This document shows, piece by piece, positions 10,046-18,365 of a stretch of 64,000 nt of DNA; the stretch's first letter is position 1; the number at the start of each line of letters is the position of its first letter. Below the pieces are notes generated by a model, which was given only the letters and a program-made list of their open reading frames with translations, ran no database searches and had not been told where the DNA came from. Source of the stretch: Spirochaetia bacterium (GTDB taxonomy: Bacteria > Spirochaetota > Spirochaetia > SZUA-6 > Bin103); the NCBI GenBank assembly GCA_965208575.1, contig CBDBOV010000002.1, positions 512,001 to 576,000 on the forward strand. Direction: 5' to 3'. The position numbers were made by a program, and so were the translations under genes.

Positions 10046-11050
10046 ATGAGAGCATATGGTCTGTTCGCGCTGAAGCGGTTCGGGCAACTGCTGCTGGTGG
10101 TGTTCCTGGGCGTGAGCGCGACCTTCTTCATCACCCACCTGTCGCCGCTCGACCCGGTGGAGCAGACCATGGGGCGCCTGACCAGGCAGTCCGGCTTCAG
10201 CCCCGAGGCGCAGGAAGCGATGCGCGCGGCGCTCACCGAGTTGTACGGCACCGACCAGCCGCTGCTCGGTCAGTTCCTGAGTTTCTGGGGCCGCCTGGTG
10301 CGCGGCGACATGGGCCCGTCGCTGCTCGCCTTCCCGACGCCGGCGCTCCGGCTGGTGCGGCGGGCGCTGCCGTGGACCGTCGGCCTGCTCACCACCACCG
10401 TGATCATCACCTGGACGGTCGGTAACCTGCTCGGCGGGCTGGCCGGCTACTTCCAGAACAACCGGCTCCTGAAGGCGTTCGGAGTGTTCGCCGTCGGCGT
10501 GCAGCCGATCCCGTATTACATCGTCGCCTTCATCATGCTGATCCTGTTCGGCTTTCTCTGGCCGGTGCTGCCGATCTCCGGCGGCGCCGGCATGTTCGTG
10601 GAGCCGGGCTGGAACCTGCCCTACGTGCTGTCGATCCTGCACCACGCCATCCTGCCGGCGTCGTCGATCGTGGTGGTCGGGCTCGGCACCTGGTTTCTGG
10701 GCATGCGCGCGCTGGTGTCGAACGTGGTCACCGAAGATTACGTGACCTACGCGGAGCTGGGCGGGGTGGAGAGCCGCAGGATCGTCGGCTCGTACGTGAT
10801 CCGCAACGCCATGGTGCCGCAGCTCACGGCGCTGGCGATGGTGCTCGGCGGCGTGTTCTCCGGGACCATCATCACCGAAGAGGTGTTCTCCTACCCCGGA
10901 GTCGGCACGCTGCTGATCGATGCCGTGAACGCCGGCGACTATACGCTCGTGCTCGCCGTGACGTCGATCTCGATCGCGACCGTGGCGACGGCAATCTTCG
11001 TGATCGACCTGCTGTACCCGTTGTTGGACCCGCGAGTGAGGGTCAAGTAG
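10046..11050 (+). CDS. ABC transporter permease (DppB/OppB type)
   Basis: TM helices; 'EDYVTYAELGG' EAA-like loop; 'EEVFSYPGVG'; 'LYPLLDPRVR' end. Confidence 0.9.
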   Translation: MRAYGLFALKRFGQLLLVVFLGVSATFFITHLSPLDPVEQTMGRLTRQSGFSPEAQEAMRAALTELYGTDQPLLGQFLSFWGRLVRGDMGPSLLAFPTPALRLVRRALPWTVGLLTTTVIITWTVGNLLGGLAGYFQNNRLLKAFGVFAVGVQPIPYYIVAFIMLILFGFLWPVLPISGGAGMFVEPGWNLPYVLSILHHAILPASSIVVVGLGTWFLGMRALVSNVVTEDYVTYAELGGVESRRIVGSYVIRNAMVPQLTALAMVLGGVFSGTIITEEVFSYPGVGTLLIDAVNAGDYTLVLAVTSISIATVATAIFVIDLLYPLLDPRVRVK

Positions 11051-11126
11051 TGAGGGTCAGGTAGCGTGTTTCGCATCATCCCCGGGTACCCGTTGCGCAA
11101 CCGGCGGGTGAGGTTCCGGTAGCCCC

Positions 11127-11984
11127 GTGTTTCATGTCATCCGGGATCTGCTGCGCTACAACCGGGAGTTCGCGGTCGGCGTCGCGTTCCTCGGGGTGAT
11201 CGGGATCTATTCCCTGCTGTCGTTCGTCTCGCCGGTCGACCCCGACATCCAGTTCATGGAGTTCCCCGACCTGCCGCCCTCCGGCGAGTACTGGTTCGGG
11301 ACCAACTCGCGCGGCCAGGACCTGTTCTGGCAACTCACCTTCGCGTTCCGCAACACGCTGGGGTTCGGGATCATGGTGGCCGCGTTCAGCCGCGTCATCT
11401 CGATCACCGTGGGCCTGGTGTCCGGGTACGTGGGCGGGGCGGTCGACCGCATCCTGATGGTGGTCAACGACGTGTTCGTCACGCTGCCCCTGCTGCCGGT
11501 GCTGCTGGTGTTCTTCTTCGTGCTCGGCGACAGCCTCAACACCATCAACCTGGCGCTGCTGATGGCCTGCCTCGGCTGGCCGTTCGACGCGCGCCTGATC
11601 CGCTCCATCGCGCTCGGGCTGCGCCACCGCGAGTTCACCCGCCACGCCACCTTCTCCGGAATGAGCCCGCTCAAGATCATGTTCGAGGAGCACCTCCCGT
11701 ACGTGATGCCGGTGGTGTTCGCCACCGCCATGGCCAACATGCTGTGGGCGATCGGGGTGGAGGTGACCCTGGCGGTGCTGGGCTTCACGAACATCAACAT
11801 AGCCACCGTCGGCACCACCATCTACTGGGCCAACAACCACTCCGCCATGGTGGTGGGCGTCTGGTGGTGGATCGTGATCCCGGTAGTGCTGGTGGTAATG
11901 TTGTTCATCGGCCTCTACCTGCTCGCCGTCTCGCTCAACGAGTACATCGATCCGCGCTCCCGGCTGCGCAGGATGGGCGGCTGA
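11127..11984 (+). CDS. ABC transporter permease (DppC/OppC type)
   Basis: 'WFGTNSRGQDLF' motif, TM helices, 'IDPR' end. Confidence 0.9.
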   Translation: MFHVIRDLLRYNREFAVGVAFLGVIGIYSLLSFVSPVDPDIQFMEFPDLPPSGEYWFGTNSRGQDLFWQLTFAFRNTLGFGIMVAAFSRVISITVGLVSGYVGGAVDRILMVVNDVFVTLPLLPVLLVFFFVLGDSLNTINLALLMACLGWPFDARLIRSIALGLRHREFTRHATFSGMSPLKIMFEEHLPYVMPVVFATAMANMLWAIGVEVTLAVLGFTNINIATVGTTIYWANNHSAMVVGVWWWIVIPVVLVVMLFIGLYLLAVSLNEYIDPRSRLRRMGG

Positions 11985-13018
11985 TGGCCGACGTCCTGAC
12001 CGTTGCACGCCTCAAGGCCTACTACCAGACCAAGTACTTCGGGGTGCAGCGCGAGGTGCGCGCGGTAGACGATATCTCGATTACGGTGCGCGCCGACGAG
12101 GTGTACGGCATCGCGGGAGAGAGCTCTTCCGGCAAGACCACGCTGATCAAGACCCTCGCCGGCGCCATCCATCCGCCGCTGCGCATCGTCGGCGGCTCCA
12201 TGCGGTACCGGTTCGGCGGGCGTGAGATCGACCCGTACGCGGTCAGCGCGGAGGAGCTGAACCGCCTGCGTTGGAAGCACGTGTCGTACATCATGCAGGG
12301 CTCCATGAGCGTGCTGAACCCGGTGCGCCGGATCCACCGCAGCTTTGCGGACTTCGCCTATGGTCACATGGAGTTGTCGAAGCCGCGCTTCCGGCAGGCG
12401 GTCGAGGAGCACCTGGAGCGGCTCTCCCTGTCGCCGGACGTGCTGCGCGCCTACCCGCACGAGCTGTCCGGCGGCATGCGGCAGCGCGTCACCATCGCGC
12501 TGGCCACCGTATGCCGGCCCGGCTTCATCATCGCCGACGAGCCCACCACGGCGCTCGACGTGGTGGTGCAGAAGGACGTGCTGGCGCTGCTGGACGACAT
12601 CCGCCGGTCGCTCGGATCGTCGGTGGTGTTCGTGACCCACGACATGAGCGTGCACGCCAACATGGCGGACCGCATCGGCATCATGTATGCCGGGCGCATC
12701 GTCGAGGAGGGCCCGACGCGGGCGCTGTTCACCGAGCCGAAGCATCCCTACACCGCGCACCTGGTGGCCAGCCTGCCGCGCATCGGCGACGCCGCCCGCA
12801 AGCCGGCGCTCGGCGGCCGCCCGCCCGCCCTGTCCGACCCGCCGGGCGGCTGCCGCTTCCACCCGCGCTGCCCGCTGGCCATCGACAAGTGCCGCACGGA
12901 GGTGCCGCCGCTGGAGGCGGTCGGCGCCGACCACCGCTCGGCGTGCTGGCGCAGCGCCGAGGTGGAGCCGCCGGCGCCGGCGACGGCGCGCGGCGCGGCG
13001 CAGGGGGCGCCGGCATGA
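11984..13018 (+). CDS. ABC transporter ATP-binding protein (DppD/OppD type)
   Basis: Walker A GESSSGKT, LSGGMRQR, IIADEPTTALD, C-terminal GCRFHPRC motif; TGATG coupling to the previous gene. Confidence 0.92.
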   Translation: MADVLTVARLKAYYQTKYFGVQREVRAVDDISITVRADEVYGIAGESSSGKTTLIKTLAGAIHPPLRIVGGSMRYRFGGREIDPYAVSAEELNRLRWKHVSYIMQGSMSVLNPVRRIHRSFADFAYGHMELSKPRFRQAVEEHLERLSLSPDVLRAYPHELSGGMRQRVTIALATVCRPGFIIADEPTTALDVVVQKDVLALLDDIRRSLGSSVVFVTHDMSVHANMADRIGIMYAGRIVEEGPTRALFTEPKHPYTAHLVASLPRIGDAARKPALGGRPPALSDPPGGCRFHPRCPLAIDKCRTEVPPLEAVGADHRSACWRSAEVEPPAPATARGAAQGAPA

Positions 13019-13932
13019 GCGCGATCCTGGAAGTGTCCCACGTTTCCAAGCGGTTCCACATGGGCGGCATCCTGTCGCGGCGCTACGTGGAGGCGGTGAC
13101 CGACGCCAGCTTTGCGATCGAGGAGGGCCAGCCGGAGGTGTTCACGATCGTCGGCGAGTCGGGCTCCGGCAAGACCACGCTGGCGCGCATGATGCTCGGG
13201 CTGGAGATTCCCAGCGCGGGCGAGATCCGGCTGTCGGGCCGCAGCATGGCGGATCGCCGCGGGCGGGCTGCCCGCATCGAGTTCATGCGCCACGCGCAGC
13301 CGGTGTTCCAGAACCCGTTCGAGGCGTTCAACCCGCTCAAGCGGGTGGACCGCTACCTGGAGGCCAGCGCGCGCGTGCTGCTCGGCGCCAGCGGCCGGGA
13401 GGCCGTCGATGCCGCCATGGACGAGGCGCTGCACAAGGTGGGCCTGAGCCTGGCCGAGGTGCGCGGGCGCTACGCCCACGAGCTGTCCGGCGGCCAACTG
13501 CAGCGCGTGGCGATCGCGCGGGCGCTGATCCCCAACCCGGAGGTCCTGGTGGCCGACGAGCCGGTGTCGATGGTGGACGCCTCGCTGCGCATGTCGATCG
13601 TCAACCTGCTGCGCGACCTGCGCGACACCCTGAACGTGACGGTAATCTACATCACCCACGACCTGGCCACCGCGTACTACATCTCGGACCGCATCATCAT
13701 CATGCAGCAGGGCTACATCGTGGAGATGGGCCCGGCGCAGGCGGTGCTGGAGTCGCCCGAGCACCCCTACGCGCGGCTGCTGAAGGAGTCGGTCCTGCCG
13801 GTGGACGACCCCGGCGCGGTGCGCGTGCAGGCCCCGGATCGCAGCCTGGCGCTGGCCGCCGCGGAGACTTCCGGCAGCGGCAAGCTGGTGCCGCGCGCCG
13901 GCGGCCGCCGCGTGCGCATACCCGCCGAGTGA
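13015..13932 (+). CDS. ABC transporter ATP-binding protein (DppF/OppF type)
   Basis: GESGSGKT, LSGGQLQR, VADEPVSMVD; ATGA overlap. Confidence 0.92.
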   Translation: MSAILEVSHVSKRFHMGGILSRRYVEAVTDASFAIEEGQPEVFTIVGESGSGKTTLARMMLGLEIPSAGEIRLSGRSMADRRGRAARIEFMRHAQPVFQNPFEAFNPLKRVDRYLEASARVLLGASGREAVDAAMDEALHKVGLSLAEVRGRYAHELSGGQLQRVAIARALIPNPEVLVADEPVSMVDASLRMSIVNLLRDLRDTLNVTVIYITHDLATAYYISDRIIIMQQGYIVEMGPAQAVLESPEHPYARLLKESVLPVDDPGAVRVQAPDRSLALAAAETSGSGKLVPRAGGRRVRIPAE

Positions 13933-14018
13933 CCGCACGGCGACGCGCCGGTGTACCGTGCCGGCACATCAGCTGAAGCGGTTTGGGAATTCACGAAGCG
14001 CGACCAAGTCGCCTTCGA

Positions 14019-14237
14019 TCATCCAACGGTTACCGAGTCCGCTACCAAGGTGGTGGGCTCCGGGATCGGGTCACCACTCTCACGCATGAAATGCAGGTGG
14101 GCCTTGATGGCTTCGGACATGTTGCGCTTGGTCTCCGCGATGGTCTTGCCGGTAGCGATGCAACCTGGCAAGTCCGGAGCGTATGCGGAGCAGTTTCGTC
14201 CCCCGCTTTCGATGATGATGAGGTACTTTCGACTCAT
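14019..14237 (-). CDS. hicB: HicB-family antitoxin (short form)
   Basis: 'YLIIIE...SAYAPDLPGCIATGKTIAE...EAI..HL......GDPIPEP' HicB signature; ATGA overlap with hicA. Confidence 0.9.
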   Translation of the reverse strand: MSRKYLIIIESGGRNCSAYAPDLPGCIATGKTIAETKRNMSEAIKAHLHFMRESGDPIPEPTTLVADSVTVG

Positions 14238-14437
14238 GACTTCTCCCCGTCGGGGTTGATGGTATTGAGAATCGATTTCCAGGTCTTGGGGTGCAGGTCG
14301 TCGCTCGGTTTGCCCGCGATGGTAAGCGTGCCGGGAATCGACGGATGCTTGAAGTGACGGTGGCTGCCGGTTGTCCGAACATGTACCCATCCGGCTTCTC
14401 GTGCCATCTTGAGCGCGTCCCTTACCTTCCGACTCAT
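14234..14437 (-). CDS. hicA: HicA-family mRNA interferase toxin
   Basis: 67 aa, 'GW.HVRTTGSHRHFKHP...T..SIL' HicA signature. Confidence 0.9.
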   Translation of the reverse strand: MSRKVRDALKMAREAGWVHVRTTGSHRHFKHPSIPGTLTIAGKPSDDLHPKTWKSILNTINPDGEKS

Positions 14438-14450
14438 GCCGGTAATGTAG

Positions 14451-16109
14451 TCAAAAGACTACCGAAGTCGGCGGATTAGGGCCATACGTCGAGCCGTAGG
14501 TCAGGCGCCACTCGCGGTTCGCGGCCAGTTCGCCGAACTCCTCCTCGGTGCCGTCGGGCCACAGTACGCGGACCGATGCCGCCGGCGCCGCGCCGAGGCC
14601 GAAGTGCAGCGCGGTGTCGTTGCCGGCGCCGAGGCTGGAGCCGCTCTTCACCTCCTGCATGCGCGGGCGGCCGCCGCCGGGGGTCACGAACACGCGCGCG
14701 CCGATCGCATCCCGGTTGACCGGCGGGCGGCCTTCGAGGCGCACCGTGAGCCAGTGGTTGCCCGCCCCCGCCAGCCCGGCGTTGCGGTACAGCGTGTAGC
14801 CCACGTCGAAGTTTCCGACCACGAAGTCGACCAGGCCGTCGCGGTCGTAGTCGGCGTAGGCGACGCCCATGCTGGGCCGGGGCCGCTCGTGCCAGGACGG
14901 CGGCGTCGCGTCGACGTAGTTGCCGTAGCCGCGGTTGCGGTACAGCACGTTGGCGTGCGGAAACAGCAGCCCGACCGACCCGGTGGAGGCCTGGAAGCGC
15001 TCGCCGTAGCCGCTGGCGGCCAGGAACAGGTCCAGCCAGCCGTCGTTGTCGAAGTCGAAGAACGCCGTTCCCCAGCCGACGATGTTGCCGCCGCCGCCGC
15101 CCACGCCGGCCGCCTCGGTGGCATTGCGGAAACGGCCGCCCACGTTCTGCAGCAGCGACATCGGCTCGCCCATGTCGGAGAAATAGAAGTCCAGGTCCAG
15201 GTCGTTGTCGTAGTCGCCCACCGCCAGGCCCATGCCGTTGCGCACGGCGCCGGTGCGCGTCTCCGCGGAGGCGTCGCGCCAGCACCAGCCGCCGCAGCCC
15301 GGCCCGTCGTTGCGCCACAGCACGTTGCCGACCGGGTGCTCCACCATGTCGTTGACCACGTAGATGTCGGGGTCGCCGTCGTCGTCGAAGTCGGCGAAGC
15401 TGGCCGCGAAGGCGGCGCCGCGCAGCTTGTCGCCGAGCAGCCGGGAGACGTCCTCGAAGGTGCCGTCGCCGCGGTTGCGGTACAGCCGGTCGCTGGCCAG
15501 GGCGGCGGCGTGTTCGCGCGGGCAGTCCGGGTAGCAGCGCCAGTTGGCCACGAACAGGTCCAGGAAGCCGTCGCCGTCGTAGTCGCCCCAGGCCGCGGTG
15601 GCGCCCTTGCCGGCGTCACCCACGCCGGCGGCGGCGGTGACGTCGTGGAAGCCCGCACCGCCCTGATTGCGGAACAGGACGTTGGCGCCGTGGGTGAGCA
15701 CGTACAGGTCGCGCCAGCCGTCGTTGTCGTAGTCCGCCCACACGGCGCCGCCGGTCCAGGCGTCGTCCAGGGCCACGCCGGCGGCCTGCCGGGGGATGCT
15801 GAAGGTGCCGTCGCCGTCGTTGCGGTACAGGGCGCTCGGGCTTTGGCCACCGGCCAGGAACAGGTCCACCCAGCCGTCGTTGTCCCAGTCGCCCCACGCC
15901 TGCCCGATGCCGAGGTAGCCACTGGTAAAGGAGTCGTGGACGAACTCGGCCCACGCGCCTCGGTGCGGCGCGTCGACGCCGGCGGCCTCGTTCGCAACCA
16001 CGAACAGTTCCGCGCCCGCCGGTACCTGAGCCACCGCCGGCAGACCTGCCCACAACGAGGCCACCGCGACCACCGTCACACGTGCGCATAGCTTCATCGC
16101 CGTCGGCAT
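14451..16109 (-). CDS. CRTAC1-like FG-GAP repeat protein with C-terminal ASPIC/UnbV domain, secreted
   Basis: Multiple 'WGD.DNDG..DLF.A' FG-GAP repeats; C-terminal 'NHWL.VRL.G...NRDAIGARV...LHFGLG...V.WPDG'; signal peptide. Start is uncertain (16109 or 16097). Confidence 0.88.
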   Translation of the reverse strand: MPTAMKLCARVTVVAVASLWAGLPAVAQVPAGAELFVVANEAAGVDAPHRGAWAEFVHDSFTSGYLGIGQAWGDWDNDGWVDLFLAGGQSPSALYRNDGDGTFSIPRQAAGVALDDAWTGGAVWADYDNDGWRDLYVLTHGANVLFRNQGGAGFHDVTAAAGVGDAGKGATAAWGDYDGDGFLDLFVANWRCYPDCPREHAAALASDRLYRNRGDGTFEDVSRLLGDKLRGAAFAASFADFDDDGDPDIYVVNDMVEHPVGNVLWRNDGPGCGGWCWRDASAETRTGAVRNGMGLAVGDYDNDLDLDFYFSDMGEPMSLLQNVGGRFRNATEAAGVGGGGGNIVGWGTAFFDFDNDGWLDLFLAASGYGERFQASTGSVGLLFPHANVLYRNRGYGNYVDATPPSWHERPRPSMGVAYADYDRDGLVDFVVGNFDVGYTLYRNAGLAGAGNHWLTVRLEGRPPVNRDAIGARVFVTPGGGRPRMQEVKSGSSLGAGNDTALHFGLGAAPAASVRVLWPDGTEEEFGELAANREWRLTYGSTYGPNPPTSVVF

Positions 16110-16178
16110 CACGCCCATACTAACCGCAACGGAGCACGGCGAGACCCAATCAAGGAGCCCGCGTTGCTGGGTTTCATT

Positions 16179-16204
16179 GCTATAGCACTCAACCGTACTA
16201 TAGC
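16179..16204. promoter_or_regulatory. Palindromic operator upstream of the HTH antitoxin pseudogene
   Basis: GCTATAG-cactcaaccgta-CTATAGC inverted repeat immediately before the GGAGGT RBS. Confidence 0.5.
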
Positions 16205-16218
16205 GGAGGTGGTGTGCG

Positions 16219-16535
16219 ATGACTGAGCAGTACAAGAGCGAGCCCCTTGCTGTGGCTCATGAAACGGCGCTGGGTCTGGCGGAGGCCGGTGTGATGGCTA
16301 GGCGAACAATGAAGGTGTTCGACGAGATGTGCTTGACGCCGGTCGAGGATATTGGACCGGAGAGAATCCGCGACTCCGATTGCGAGAGAACGCGAGTCAG
16401 GCGGTGTTTGCCCGCTACCTCAATGTCTCGACAGGATTGGTGAGTCAATGGGAGCGCGGCGAGAAGCGACCGCGCGGCGCTTCGCCGAAACTCCTGACGC
16501 TGGTCGCCAAGAACGGTCTCGGATCGGTCGCTTAA
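16219..16535 (+). pseudogene. Frameshifted XRE-family HTH regulator/antitoxin (HigA/YiaG-like)
   Basis: N-half MTEQYKSEPLAVAHETALGL...FDEMCLTPVE.I.PE.IR (16219 frame) continues in another frame as LRLRENASQAVFARYLNVSTGLVSQWERGEKRPRG. One base is missing near 16372. Confidence 0.8.
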
Positions 16536-16669
16536 TTGGGGCTACCGTAACCGGAAATCGTTGCGGCCGGAGCGGACGACGTAGCCGTCGCACTCATAGC
16601 GTGCGACCTCATCCTGCGACAACATTGCCGCCTACCCCTACCACGCGCGGGCGAGTTGAGTCCAGACCT

Positions 16670-18280
16670 CTACCCGACCAGCGCCGCGATCGCATCGCGC
16701 ATCCAGCGGGTCGACGCAAGATCGACTGGCCGCAGATTGAATCTCGCGAGGTATGCTGTCGGACGGTTCTTCTTCATATCCAGGAAGGAATAGTAGGTCT
16801 CGAAATCACTCGACGCCGTGGCTTGCTCGACCTCCTGGATCGCTTGCCTTTTCAGTTCGTTCGAGAGCCCCTGAATGATCTCGTAGCTGCCCCGGCTGCC
16901 GCGCAGGTTCACTAGCAGACGGTCGCGGACGGTTGCCATCTGGTTCCGCAGCGCCGCACGATAGGTCGAATCGTCGTATCCCGACAGATTCAGCTCGGTG
17001 ATGTTCGCGGGATGAAAAAGATAGCTCTGCAGCGCATAATATCGAAGTACATGTAGATTCGGCTGACGCCGTCCGATTTCCTCAATCTCGCCGGTGCCGA
17101 GGAAATCACGATCAATCAGTCCTTCAAATTCTGGTGAACCGCGCGATTGGATAGCGACCGAATTCTTGTCGCGTGCGCCTATGAACAAGAGCTCAGGAAG
17201 TCCAATGGCGTTATACAGCCGCTCGTCCGTGTTTTCGCAGATGACGAGACGCCTATTTGGAAACACTCTGAGAGCCGAACTCCGGGGCACCGCGATGTCA
17301 AAAATGTGCTCCGACTTCGGCGCCGGCTGCAGAGTCTGAGGTTGATCGAAGTCGAGGTCGTCAAAGTCGAGAATTGCAGCTTCGTCGCTGCTGTTGGCGT
17401 AGTCGATGAAGCCGAGCGAGTGGCTGGCCGTCCACAGTTGGGAGTTCTCGGGGATCCAGTGTTCTACTATCTCCTTGACGAGAGCGTACTGCAGTCTGGT
17501 ATGCAGATGAACGTCCAACTCGTCGATGAAGTAAATCGCGTTGGGAAAGTGCTCGCGGCGGGTGAACAGATTCAAGAGGATATTGAACACTTCCTTCTCG
17601 CCACTGCTGAGCAGATCGTAGTGGACCTCTGACCCGCCTTTCTGGAACCGGATGTCGGGCGGCTTCCCGGACAGCGCCGGGATCAGCGTGTGGAGTCGCA
17701 GACCGGTTGCGAAGCTGGCGCTGAAAATGCGTTCTAGAGCTTCGTTGATGGGATCGGTGAAGCGCGCGCGCATGGTGTCGGAGTCGAACGGCTCGCCCCA
17801 CACTTCGCGGAGAATGTTTTCAGTGATCTGAGACACGTCGGTGGTGAAGCGTGTATCCTGTTCGATGAATCGCTGCGGACGATCGGCATCTATGGTCAAG
17901 TCTACGGGGGCGCCCGTTTGCCCGCTGAGTTCGGGCACGGTACGAAACGAGCTGCGCCCATAGAATGCCGATCTTCCGTCCCAGCCCTTCGACGCGGTCA
18001 CTTGCTCGTTGTTGGTTCGCGTGACGGTAACCCCACCGCCGAGCGTGCAGTCAACTGACATGTCCGCATCCGATCGCTTCTTGAAGTAGTCAACGTAATA
18101 GTCGCGCAACCCCTTGGCCGGCCCGGACAGGTATTCGAACGCATCGAAGATGGATGACTTCCCGCTCCCGTTGGCACCGATGAGCAATATCAGCTTCGGC
18201 GGTGTGCCAAGCGGCGAGAGATCTATCGTCAGGTCGCTGAAGCGCTTGAAGTTGTTGAGATGAAGAGCCTCGATATTCAT
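16670..18280 (-). CDS. ABC-type ATPase (AAA_15/AAA_21) with C-terminal DUF4435/TOPRIM-like domain
   Basis: Walker A GANGSGKS, signature LSSGEK, Walker B YFIDE, H-loop ASHS; C-terminal 'VICENTD...LIDRDF...LRYYALQSYL'. Confidence 0.8.
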   Translation of the reverse strand: MNIEALHLNNFKRFSDLTIDLSPLGTPPKLILLIGANGSGKSSIFDAFEYLSGPAKGLRDYYVDYFKKRSDADMSVDCTLGGGVTVTRTNNEQVTASKGWDGRSAFYGRSSFRTVPELSGQTGAPVDLTIDADRPQRFIEQDTRFTTDVSQITENILREVWGEPFDSDTMRARFTDPINEALERIFSASFATGLRLHTLIPALSGKPPDIRFQKGGSEVHYDLLSSGEKEVFNILLNLFTRREHFPNAIYFIDELDVHLHTRLQYALVKEIVEHWIPENSQLWTASHSLGFIDYANSSDEAAILDFDDLDFDQPQTLQPAPKSEHIFDIAVPRSSALRVFPNRRLVICENTDERLYNAIGLPELLFIGARDKNSVAIQSRGSPEFEGLIDRDFLGTGEIEEIGRRQPNLHVLRYYALQSYLFHPANITELNLSGYDDSTYRAALRNQMATVRDRLLVNLRGSRGSYEIIQGLSNELKRQAIQEVEQATASSDFETYYSFLDMKKNRPTAYLARFNLRPVDLASTRWMRDAIAALVG

Positions 18281-18365
18281 GGTCTGGCCCGGTTACGCGC
18301 GACTTCGTCGAAGTCCGGCACATAGGGTACCACACCGGGAGGCGCAAGTCATCGTGGTGACCAGT

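Noticed and set aside
11036-11064. 14-nt tandem duplication of the permease stop region (TGAGGGTCAAGTAG / TGAGGGTCAGGTAG)
   Set aside because: Looks like a local slippage scar with no inserted element between the copies.
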